From Ginkgo biloba (taxonomy: Eukaryota > Plantae > Ginkgophyta): a DNA stretch of 16,490 nt. The position numbers and the translations under genes are program-made. The notes under the pieces are model-generated. The model saw nothing but the letters and a program-made list of their open reading frames with translations. It was not told the DNA's origin and made no database searches. Of the stretch, positions 1 through 9,974 are shown one piece after another. Positions within the stretch are counted from its first letter, which is position 1. The number at the start of each line of letters is the position of its first letter. Location of the stretch: contig JANKJI020000002.1 in the NCBI GenBank assembly GCA_024626585.2, forward strand, positions 69,532,388 to 69,548,877. Reading direction: 5' to 3'.

Positions 1-58
1 TTTTATTTCTCTTGGGTAAAAGGATTTTCTATTTTGAAAGGGCTCCCCATTGTTATAG

Positions 59-153
59 GCTAGAAAAACCAAGCAAAATTGACATTAAGGAAGGAAAGAA
101 CAAATTTACATGCTAGACAAACTAGGCAAATTTGACATAACAAGGGAAAGAAC
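59..153. repeat. Imperfect direct repeat, period 53 bp
   Basis: gctagaaaaaccaagcaaaattgacatt..ggaaagaac (59-101) versus gctagacaaactaggcaaatttgacata..ggaaagaac (112-153). Confidence 0.7.
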
Positions 154-1340
154 TAAGGGAATCAATGAAGAAATCTTTAAATGGATCCTATAGTTATTGA
201 TGGGTAGGGAAGATCTTATGGTCTATATATAGCTAATTAGCTATTATTTTTTAATAAACTTTTCAAAAATGAGATTCGCCAATATGTCAATTTAATGAAA
301 AATCTTAGTTTATTCGCCAAATTTATTTTAAACTATGAGCAAAACATTTATTTTACCAGTTCACTTATAATGTATATATTAGTTATTTTATATTGTAAAA
401 ATATTTGTAATTAATTATACTTATAAAAAATAAGTCAAACCTCAAGATTTTGTCTCCTGGTGGAATCACCANNNNNNNNNNNNNNNNNNNNNNNNNNNNN
501 NNNNNNNNNNNNNNAGAGTTCTCAAGAGAGATGATTGAGGTCTACTATAAGGCACCTCCACTCAGTGTGTGAGTTGTGTCAAATCCTCAATGGGCAACTC
601 TTAGGAACATAGGGCGATCCTAACCATTGCAAGTTAGCTCGTGGTGAAGTTATAGCAATCCAATTTGCCTTTAAAAGTAACCCTAGCACTTCAATTACAT
701 CCTTTAGCTTTCCTATACTTCAATTTTGGCTTGTACTCTATTCCACATTGATTGTAAAGGGGCTTAAGTATTGATTTTCTTATTTTGAGGATGGATAGAG
801 TTGATTCCAAGAAGTGCAACATGGCTTAGCATCAAAATCTTGCAATTTGCAGTATCGAGAGGCTACCAAATTAGTGCCAAGTGTAATGTGAAGTTTCTAG
901 GAGAGGAGCAACCCTCTTTAGGGCATTAATTGTTGCATATTGATGGTTGAAAATAAGAGAGTTTATTTTGTAGCTGTAATCTTCTTTGGATGTCAGGGAC
1001 TCCCCTATTCAATAGGATACAAATTTATTAAGTGGCCTTGAGCTATAAGTATGGTCAATCCACTTATTTGGAAGAATTTTCATGGTTATGTTACCATTTT
1101 CATATATGAACTTGTAATTGTAAAAGGGTGAAAAGAATATTGGGATTAGGGCACCTCTTTTCAAGCAGTACTNNNNNNNNNNNNNNNNNNNNNNNNNNNN
1201 NNNNNNNNNNNNNNNNNNNNNNNNNNNNNNNNNNNNNNNNNNNNNNNNNNNNNNNNNNNNNNNNNNNNNNNNTAGAAGGTTTTAGTCCTTTACTAGGCAT
1301 GTAGTGTAGGGCCCATGAACCTAAAGTTAGTAGAAGGTTT

Positions 1341-1502
1341 GAAAAGATACCCATAATTGATTGATGGCTATTTGGTTGGAAGAATATCCATGTTACATTT
1401 AGCCATTGGATTGAAACAATACCCATGAGTGATTGATGGCTATTGGGGTGAAACGATACCCATGTAGATTTGTTTAGGATTGCAAAGATACCTAGGATTG
1501 AT
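1341..1502. repeat. Degenerate minisatellite, about 36-bp unit with 72-bp higher-order period
   Basis: Units start gaaaagatacccat, ggaagaatatccat, gaaacaatacccat, gaaacgatacccat and gcaaagatacctag. Units 1 and 3 share tgattgatggctatt. Confidence 0.7.
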
Positions 1503-4023
1503 AATGCTTGTATATGATTATTTAATAATGTACCAATGCTTATATAACTACTAGATAAGGGACGAGCCTCCTTAAAGTATATATAGATTAGCAACCCTAT
1601 CTATGTACTTGTATGTGTTGAGGATTTAGAATGCTAATGCCTTGATGAGTGTTGGTGGAGCTTCTTATTTACAAGTGGTAAGTAGCAGATTTGTTATATT
1701 AAAGCATGTAAACTTGAGTTTTGTCTTGCTTATTAGGAGGGACAAGAGGATAATTGCACATGAGATGGCCTATAAGAGGGTTTGCATATTCATTGTCCTT
1801 GATTGGTCTATTTACCATTGTAGACAATGAGGAAGATGGCTCTAAAGCATAGCATAGTTGTATATTCTTTGCTTGAATAAAGTATTTTCTGTGTTGAGAA
1901 CTAAGGGGTTATCTAGCTCATCTTTGACTCATCTTATGTGCATATGAAGTGGCATATTTTAGGCATTTGTAGTCCATGGAGTTGGGTTAAGTAGCATTTG
2001 AAGGTCCAAGGCATGTTCTGTTTTGTGTTTTAGCTAGTTCTAGTTCATTCTATATGTTGCTAATTTCCATACAATTTATATCTATGTGCCTTTTATGATG
2101 GATTTAGAGCTCATGCGGTAGATTGTACAAGGCTTCAAGGGTGAGAGGAAACCCTTGTTAAGTGGAGCTGCATGTGGCATGGCATCTGTCAAAAGAAATT
2201 GGAACTTATAATGTATGGTTATTGCATCTTACAACCACACTTATCTTTTGCCATTTGTTAAAGTTTGGACTACAAAGTGTGCTCTTGTGATGATTGAATG
2301 TTTTGGCATGGAAATAAAGAGTTATGTCTACCCTCACTATCATGCTAAGATGGTAAGTGCATTTTGTTGTGGTTGTGGAATGCTTTACAACAACTCTGCA
2401 GATGGTTTGAAGGAATTTGTACTAATGGAGAAAAAGCCTGAGCACATATTGTACATGTGTCAAAGCATTGTGCCTAATGTAAAGCGGACTTGATTGGATT
2501 CTCTTGATAAATGTGCATGGAAATAGGTTCCCATGTGTTTTATGCATGTGTAGTTGCATAGATGATATAAATGTATGCTAGAATTCCATGTAGCCTCTGA
2601 ATTTCTTAGTAATAAGGCCAAGCTTGTGATAAATCTACTTGGGTTTGAATGCTATGTCATAGTCATGCATTCTTATTCTGGCCATGTGTTTCCACATATT
2701 GTTGTTCTCCCAATGTGGTTTTTACAGAACCTTTTGGGTAGTGTTGTTTTAGTTGAGTATTAAAATCATTATAGTTGATATGGGGTTGATCCTCTAAGGG
2801 TTGTACTAATTGAGACTCGCATTGGGTTTCCATTTGTTTTGAATGAAAATAATACCATAGTTGAAAAGTATGTTATGTAGAAAATTTCATTCCTATGAAT
2901 ATATATCTACTAAGAATCATATAAATAAAAATATTCTTTCTCTTCATATGTTCTATCATGAATGATTTTTAAGAGTGCTACCCTTGAAATTTGTAGAACT
3001 AACCACATCAAAGGTGAAATTGGTATCTTGCCCAATAGTCTAAGAAGTAATTGGATTAGAATTTATTTTACATCTACTTCATTCTCAATAGAGTTACCAC
3101 ATTTATTTAAACTTTAATATCAATGCATAACCTTGGTGTACCCCCAATGGATCAATCTTTTCATANNNNNNNNNNNNNNNNNNNNNNNNNNNNNNNNNNN
3201 NNNNNNNNNNNNNNNNNNNNNNNNNNNNNNNNNNNNNNNNNNNNNNNNNNNNNNNNNNNNNNNNNTAGGATAGTACAAGCCATGGCTCGTGTGAGCATTG
3301 TATGATTTAGAGGCATAGGACTATTGACAGTGAGGGGAGGGCTAGAACTCTCATAACCCTCAGGAGATGGTATTGTGCTATGAGGTGTGCTAGCACTCAT
3401 AGTGGGTCGTTCTTCTCAACTGACTGACATTGGTTTGTGCACTTGTGTTATTGCTTACATTTATTTACTATGCAGTCAATATGCCATATGCATGGAGATG
3501 AACGAGTGCCAAAAAGGAGTTGAAACAGAACTATGCCTATCACTCTTCTTTGTTGAAATCAAGCGGGGAGGCTGTTTGATGTTAATGGTTAACATTCATG
3601 CATCAGAGGTTTGGGTGGTAGCGATGCATCATGGCCAACAATGGTTGTTAGTTCATGTTGCCAAAACCATCCCTGCCCCTAGCAGTTTAGCTGTTTGAGT
3701 TTTGTATATGTTGACACCTCCAATACATCATGATTTAATATAAATGAATATTTTATGTATTTATTTATTCATGCATTGCACTCTGATGATTCATGTTTTC
3801 TATAAGCAATTAATATCTTTAGCATTAAGGGCTAAGAGGCAGGGCTGTTACAATAACATGTTTCAATGGAACACGTATAATTATCAATATAAAAAAATAT
3901 CAAATTATTTGATATTTCATTCTACATTTCATAAAGAACAAAAAGGAAATGATCCATTTAGCACATACCTTGCAGTTGCCCTTTCCAAACTTTATTGAGA
4001 TCTAACAGTATATTGTCTTGCAG

Positions 4024-4132
4024 TATGTCCGGCGACTTGGAACAATTGCTTCGTCTGATGAAAATGCGGAGGAGGCATGCCTTCGTCTGTTCTCTCATAT
4101 TTTTGCTCTTCATGTTGCTCATCTTACCACAG
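4024..4132 (+). CDS. Internal exon A of a divergent heme oxygenase-like gene (YVRRLGTIASSDENAEEACLRLFSHIFALHVAHLTT-G)
   Basis: Branch-like CTAAC at 4002-4006 and acceptor TTGTCTTGCAG ending 4023. Donor AG|GTTTTG at 4133. Open frame with several retained CpGs in a CpG-poor background. Ends in phase 1, matching exon B. HIFALHVAHLTTG aligns without gaps to plant HO1 HFYNIYFAHSAGG. Confidence 0.85.
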
Positions 4133-4497
4133 GTTTTGTGCTGCCCTTGTCTTCTCTGTAAAATTGAAAATGTAGCAGAAGCTAGCTTCTATCTATTAAA
4201 GTGGATTCTTCACATTATAGTCAAGTCATTCTTGTTATGATGAAATAATAATATGATTGGATAACCTATTTAACTCATGTGATTAAAGGAAGGTTGAGAT
4301 GGTATTATCTTTCATAATATCTTCTAATGAATATAATTCAACTATATCCTGCAAAAAATAATTGATCTCTTTCATATTTTTTAATCCATGAGATAGTNNN
4401 NNNNNNNNNNNNNNNNNNNNNNNNNNNNNNNNNNNNNNNNNNNNNNNNNNNNNNNNNNNNNNNNNNNNNNNNNNNNNNNNNNNNNNNNNNNNNNNNN

Positions 4498-5340
4498 GAT
4501 GGCCAGATTTTTTCGACAAGACCTCATTTTATGGAAACAAATTGGGATATATAAAACTCCAGAACCTGTGGCCTCCCACCCACTCTGCTCAAAAGCATAA
4601 AAAAGTAAAAACAATATCTTCCTCCTATTTCCAGACAATGCCCCATCGAAAAGCATAAAAGGTCTGTTCTTCTCTTCTGGGAGAAATCTCCCTCACATAA
4701 GATTTCATAGTAAATGTGTTTTGGTCAGTGGAAATTCCCTTCTTTTTTCATAAATTCAAGTTGAGCACATTTCTTTCATTCTCTGCAACGGTTGAAAGGG
4801 AGCTGTGAACGAGCTGCATCTATGGAAGAAATGTTTCTTTGTTTATGTAACAGTGTTTGAAGAGAAGTTTTGCAGGTATATTGTGCATCAAGACAGTGCC
4901 AAAGTTCCAAATACAAAAGTCCTTCTGTGGGAGTTGATTTTGGTATTTTTGTTTGTGGACATCTATGGGTACAAAATAGAGAGATTACTCAGATTAGTAA
5001 ATGATTTATATTTCTTGGTCAATCATAACTTTCTCCATCTTTGCCTATTTTCTGCACCAAATGCCTTGTCAGGTCTAAAATGTGGATGGATTCAATTTAC
5101 GTCTGCTCATGAGAAATGTTCTCAGAATTTACTCCAAAGAACTTTGTTTCAGTAGATGATGAGAAAGAATTCAAGAATTTTGGACCAAATGTGTTTTCTT
5201 TTTCCAAAATTTCTGTCCTTATTTTGTTTACATTGCTTCATTTGCAGGTCTAACCTTAGACAAAGTATCAGCTATTGTTTTCAGATAAATTCAACCTGCT
5301 TCCGATCTTCTTTCTCTACCTCGAATCTAATGCATTCTAC
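4498..5340 (-). mobile_element. Possible highly decayed LINE ORF2 3' remnant (RNase H-like FDGA motif)
   Basis: Minus strand reads ..RPFMLFDGALSGN.. (FDGA at 4639-4650) and later ..GSGVLYI.., resembling plant LINE RNase H FDGASQG..GAGGVLY. Flanks are too degraded to confirm. Confidence 0.25.
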
Positions 5341-7980
5341 CTCACATCTAGTGCATTTAGTTTAGTTTTGAAAGCATGAATTCAGTGTTGGAAATGCTTG
5401 TTAGGTTTACTGCTATGTCAAATCGCTTCTTTGCCCATTGATGTCTTTCATTGTATCTTGAAATAATTGCCACTTGAATGTTATGTGTTGACACATTGCT
5501 ACAAGCCATGCACACACATACAAAAGAAAGCAGTTATATATGTTCCAGCTCCCTACTCCCTGCTTGTAGGAACCTGCATATGCAGAACTCGAGCATGGGT
5601 TAGTACAATACATGAGGCACTTGGTGGTTTTCATTAAGGCTTTGATTGTTAGGGCATTGGATCAACAGCATCTCCAACATTGTAGGCCTTATAATATTAT
5701 ATACTAGATGATCCTCCAACCACAGGCAAGAATCTGTCCTGCTCCCCCTTACATGGTGGGAATGGATACACAAGCATTACATACCATGCTATTTTCCATT
5801 GCCTACCCAGGCTTTACATGTTGGCAATGCCTCCAACAGGCCTTACATGTGTGTGGTGCTACTTTATTCAACCACAGAGGTCGGTGCCTGTTGAGCCCTT
5901 GTCCAGCCAAGTAGGTCGGTCTGAGATAGCTATTACCTTACAAGGTCTATTTTAGAGGCAATACAATATGGAGATGCATGTTGGACCTTTGTCCACTAGC
6001 AATACAAGTTCAATGATCAAGGCCATGCATTAAATCAATCATTCACTATAGAAGTTAGACACAACTTGTACTGCGGTGCACATAGTTCAATTCAACACTG
6101 ATGTATATTAATTTATGACAGATTCATCAAGCATAGAGTTATACAGTGCGCACTTATGCATAGTTTTCTGCTTATCTAATTGCACTAATTACCATCACAA
6201 TGAATTCTGAAATCTGAACAGAAAGAAGACAAAGGACAAAAAGTTAAAACCTTCTGAAAATCTGCAATAAATTCAGAAGTACATCTGTTGTTACATATGT
6301 ACAGCTATGATTAGATATGATTAAGGTTGTACGCCTGCTAGTACAGATGTATAGTATTAACAGTCCTCTTTGCCACCCATCGCTCATTATTATTGTCATA
6401 AATGCTGATTGGATTCATTTATTTGAAGACAGTATTACTGCTATACTGGTTAATCAGAATCTTGGTCCTACAGGCCATTAATGATAAATATGATTTGTCC
6501 TTCATAATTGCCATCTCCCTCTACAGTAAAGGCTTCTGTACTGTAATAAATGCAGTCCATGGGTTGTTTTTGGATACATCTCTGCCTTAAGAGGATAAGA
6601 ATATCTCATGTGCTCCTAGCACTACCACAATTATCGCCATCTATTGGGATGGCATTGGATAGTTCAACAAACCTCTCCACCACCTGGGGCTACACAGTCA
6701 TTGCAGTTTCTAGTCTTTGCACAACAAACCCTACTCTAGCCTTCTCCTCCTCAACCTTCTCAAAGTTTAACACTAGGGTCTTCTCATCTGTATGTGGTTA
6801 GTGTACATAGGGATAAGAAAAACAAACTAACAATACTACTGGATCAAGCCTCCAAGAAAGTTGGAAAGTTGAAGAAAGAACCTTGAAACATTTGGACTCG
6901 ACTGCTTGTTCAAGAAATAGTTGCTCCATTTGAAAATTGTGGTGTAAAATCGAGCATGGTCTAGTAGAGAATCATGCAAACTCCTACAGCATTGTGTAAA
7001 CAGATAGATGCACTGNNNNNNNNNNNNNNNNNNNNNNNNNNNNNNNNNNNNNNNNNNNNNNNNNNNNNNNNNNNNNNNNNNNNNNNNNNNNNNNNNNNNN
7101 NNNNNNNNNNNNNNNNNNNNNNNNNNNNNNNNNNNNNNNNNNNNNNNNNNNNNNNNNNNNNNNNNNNNNNNNNNNNNNNNNNNNNNNNNNNNNNNNNNNN
7201 NNNNNNNNNNNNNNNNNNNNNNNNNNNNNNNNNNNNNNNNNNNNNNNNNNNNNNNNNNNNNNNNNNNNNNNNNNNNNNNNNNNNNNNNNNNNNNNNNNNN
7301 NNNNNNNNNNNNNNNNNNNNNNNNNNNNNNNNNNNNNNNNNNNNNNNNNNNNNNNNNNNNNNNNNNNNNNNNNNNNNNNNNNNNNNNNNNNNNNNNNNNN
7401 NNNNNNNNNNNNNNNNNNNNNNNNNNNNNNNNNNNNNNNNNNNNNNNNNNNNNNNNNNNNNNNNNNNNNNNNNNNNNNNNNNNNNNNNNNNNNNNNNNNN
7501 NNNNNNNNNNNNNNNNNNNNNNNNNNNNNNNNNNNNNNNNNNNNNNNNNNNNNNNNNNNNNNNNNNNNNNNNNNNNNNNNNNNNNNNNNNNNNNNNNNNN
7601 NNNNNNNNNNNNNNNNNNNNNNNNNNNNNNNNNNNNNNNNNNNNNNNNNNNNNNNNNNNNNNNNNNNNNNNNNNNNNNNNNNNNNNNNNNNNNNNNNNNN
7701 NNNNNNNNNNNNNNNNNNNNNNNNNNNNNNNNNNNNNNNNNNNNNNNNNNNNNNNNNNNNNNNNNNNNNNNNNNNNNNNNNNNNNNNNNNNNNNNNNNNN
7801 NNNNNNNNNNNNNNNNNNNNNNNNNNNNNNNNNNNNNNNNNNNNNNNNNNNNNNNNNNNNNNNNNNNNNNNNNNNNNNNNNNNNNNNNNNNNNNNNNNNN
7901 NNNNNNNNNNNNNNNNNNNNNNNNNNNNNNNNNNNNNNNNNNNNNNNNNNNNNNNNNNNNNNNNNNNNNNNNNNNNNNNN

Positions 7981-8010
<30 letters not shown>
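7981..8010. repeat. (TC)n microsatellite abutting the 965-N gap
   Basis: About 15 TC units visible; probably continues into the gap. Confidence 0.95.
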
Positions 8011-8014
<4 letters not shown>

Positions 8015-8037
8015 AGGGTAGAACTTAGTGCCTATTT

Positions 8038-8501
8038 TGACGAGGTTATCCCTAAACATTTTGTAGAAGGATGGGTTCAACCTTAGCCATTGGTTGCAAA
8101 TTAACCGGGCACCACTTGGGGATTACGCGAACAACACCTAGGTGTTGCTTGGGGGTTTGCTCGGGGATTAATATTTTTGGTGATTATCTTATATATCGAG
8201 GGTTGGTCATCAATGATTAGGTGTGTCAACTATGACCAACAACCACTCACCTACATGTACAATGGGTGCTATAAAGACCTCCCCTTCATTTTGTGATAGC
8301 ATCGTCATCGTGCATATACTTGACTTCATTATTGACAATTCCCTATGTATTCATGTATTCCTTGGATGATCAGTAATACATATCATTGTTGCTATAGCCT
8401 GATGTCTTGTGTGTATATGATTGCTCTCAGTGATTGTCAACAACAATCCCCAAACCCTTAATTTTGATTTAGATCCATAACTTAGGAATCTATACTCAAC
8501 A
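8038..8501 (+). mobile_element. Solo-LTR-like remnant (about 460 bp)
   Basis: Ends ...CTCAACA. Candidate decayed start TGACGAG, two mismatches from TGTTGAG. Internal TATAAA at 8270-8275 followed by a pyrimidine run. No target-site duplication (TSD) visible and the 5' boundary is uncertain. Confidence 0.45.
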
Positions 8502-8519
8502 AGGGCCTTCCATCTTGTT

Positions 8520-9090
8520 TTATTTGAGCAACTAATGTATTCAGCATCAAATATCTGAAAAGTGAATGACTACACATTTGGCACCTCTCAACAGCCCCAA
8601 AGAATTTATCTTGCAGATCTCCTTGACAGAGACACAACACAGGAAAGGCCCAAGTGTTCCCTAACTTTTTATGTGGCCCGTGAAATTAGCTTTATGGACC
8701 TTTCTCCACATTAACATGCTTGTTTTGGGTTGTCTTCATTTGTCCCAGATGAATTTTCAGACGCTGCCCATCTCTATTATTTCATTTAGAATGGATATTG
8801 AAGCTCCTTATAGAAATCTTTCCAATTGAACTCTTTTCCTAGTGATTGCCTTCATGAACTTTCTCTCTTTTGTTTTGTCAAATTTTCTCTCCAATTTCCC
8901 ATTATGATGTGCTGAGAAGCATGTCAATAGCCTTCAACTCATCTAGGGATCGTGGTGTCGACAAGCTCTCTAGGATTTCCCTACTTAGCCAAGCTCCTCC
9001 TTTCAAGCACAGTCCCAATCCATTAATTTTATCTTTGATTACTTGAAGCCCTCTCTTTTGATAGGATAGCCAAAAACCCTCCATTTGTAA
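8520..9090 (-). mobile_element. Decayed L1-type LINE ORF2 fragment including a zf-RVT domain remnant
   Basis: Minus strand from 8759 reads *KFIWDK*RQPKTSMLMWRKVHKANFTGHIKS*GTLGPFLCC, matching the zf-RVT pattern WKxIW..PK...W......RG..GP..C. Upstream FWLSYQKRGLQVIKDKI resembles the post-RT region of plant LINEs. In-frame stops are present. Confidence 0.6.
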
Positions 9091-9277
9091 TCACAAAAGT
9101 TAGTGCAAACCCATGTATACATCTATTCTAGCATATTTATGAGAGTAGATAATGTCAGCTTTCATTACGAGGTTTCAAGGTTCCTTGTATTAAGCTTTGC
9201 CACCTATCATAGTATGAATGCTTACACAATTATGTTTTTATCTGTGGTTGATAAGGGTAGTGGATTTTCATGTACAG

Positions 9278-9363
9278 GAATGCGAATTGGTGTCAAAGCT
9301 GTGGCTTCCTTGCCATCAATGGTTGGAGGAAAGGCTGTTAATTTCTATCGTGATTATCCCCAG
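9278..9363 (+). CDS. Internal exon B of the heme oxygenase-like gene (G-MRIGVKAVASLPSMVGGKAVNFYRDYPQ)
   Basis: Acceptor TTTTCATGTACAG ending 9277 and donor CAG|GTATCA at 9364. Phase-1 start completes the Gly codon from exon A. GMRIG...NFY matches plant HO1 GRMIG...EFY. This is the tail of the supplied ORF 9103..9384. Confidence 0.85.
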
Positions 9364-9777
9364 GTATCAATTTTTTTTTGTTGAAAAGGTGGTGTTGTTG
9401 CAATTTTTATTTCTTTATTGGAAATGCTTGAAATATAATTTGACTTGGTGTAAAACCCCAGTAGTTGAGAAACCATCTTGACGCAGGTTTGAACAAACAT
9501 ATTTTGATCACTAGTGACTGTGACCCTTCTTGCCATCTAAACCCAGGCTAATGATTTAGGAGGAGCATCCCGAATCATTGCAGCAAATCATTGTTTAGTT
9601 GATCCTTTCTCATTTGGTTGTTGTTGCTTCAAGGGAAAGTACACAAGGTTTATGAATGGATGGGGAGATGAGAAGTTGGGAACCTTGTTGTGTATATCAC
9701 TGCTAATGCTTTATACTTAAACATGAAGTATGCAAGGATCTAATGCTTGGGATTTCTTGTGTAATGTGTCTGAGCAG

Positions 9778-9861
9778 CAAGCTTCGGATCCTCTCAAAGT
9801 GTTCATTGAAGCTGTAAACAGAGCTGGTAAATTCCTTACTTCAGAGGATGATCGTGAAAAG
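9778..9861 (+). CDS. Internal exon C of the heme oxygenase-like gene (QASDPLKVFIEAVNRAGKFLTSEDDREK)
   Basis: Branch-like CTAAT near 9740 and acceptor GAGCAG ending 9777. Donor AAG|GTACAA at 9862. 84 nt, phase 0/0. Aligns to HO1 [27 protein letters not shown]. Confidence 0.8.
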
Positions 9862-9974
9862 GTACAATAAGAAGTTTTGTTCTTTCTGAAAGGCATTTCG
9901 TTTGTTTGCAAGTTACTGTAACTTTTTGTAGTTGCTTAAAGTCATGTTATGTTTTTATCACGTTGAAAAATCAG

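Larger units (their letters stand above)
4133..9277 (+). other. Long intron (about 5.1 kb including gaps) between exons A and B, filled with TE remnants
   Basis: GT...AG boundaries. The peptide is continuous across the junction (AHLTT-G-MRIG), so no further coding exon is needed. Confidence 0.75.

Noticed and set aside
565-625. SCV / ILNG / GDP words reminiscent of LINE reverse transcriptase
   Set aside because: The words are not all in one frame, the spacing is wrong and no other RT motifs are nearby.
1100-1594. 164-aa minus ORF with internal peptide repeat
   Set aside because: It spans a gap, and the repeat reflects the DNA minisatellite.
3995-4240. 81-aa ORF overlapping exon A
   Set aside because: It is a different frame from the HO-like reading, which is the one bounded by splice sites.
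6620-6795. Protein-like minus-strand stretch (TDEKTLVLNFEKVEEEKARVGFVVQRLE...)
   Set aside because: It contains stops and no motif I recognise; possibly TE debris but unsupported.
6836-8086. Three long ORFs of 337-414 aa
   Set aside because: They consist almost entirely of the 965-N gap plus the (TC)n repeat.
9103-9277. N-terminal part of ORF 9103..9384
   Set aside because: Intronic read-through; HO similarity starts only at the acceptor ending 9277.
9717-9911. Minus-strand 64-aa ORF
   Set aside because: Antisense shadow of exon C.
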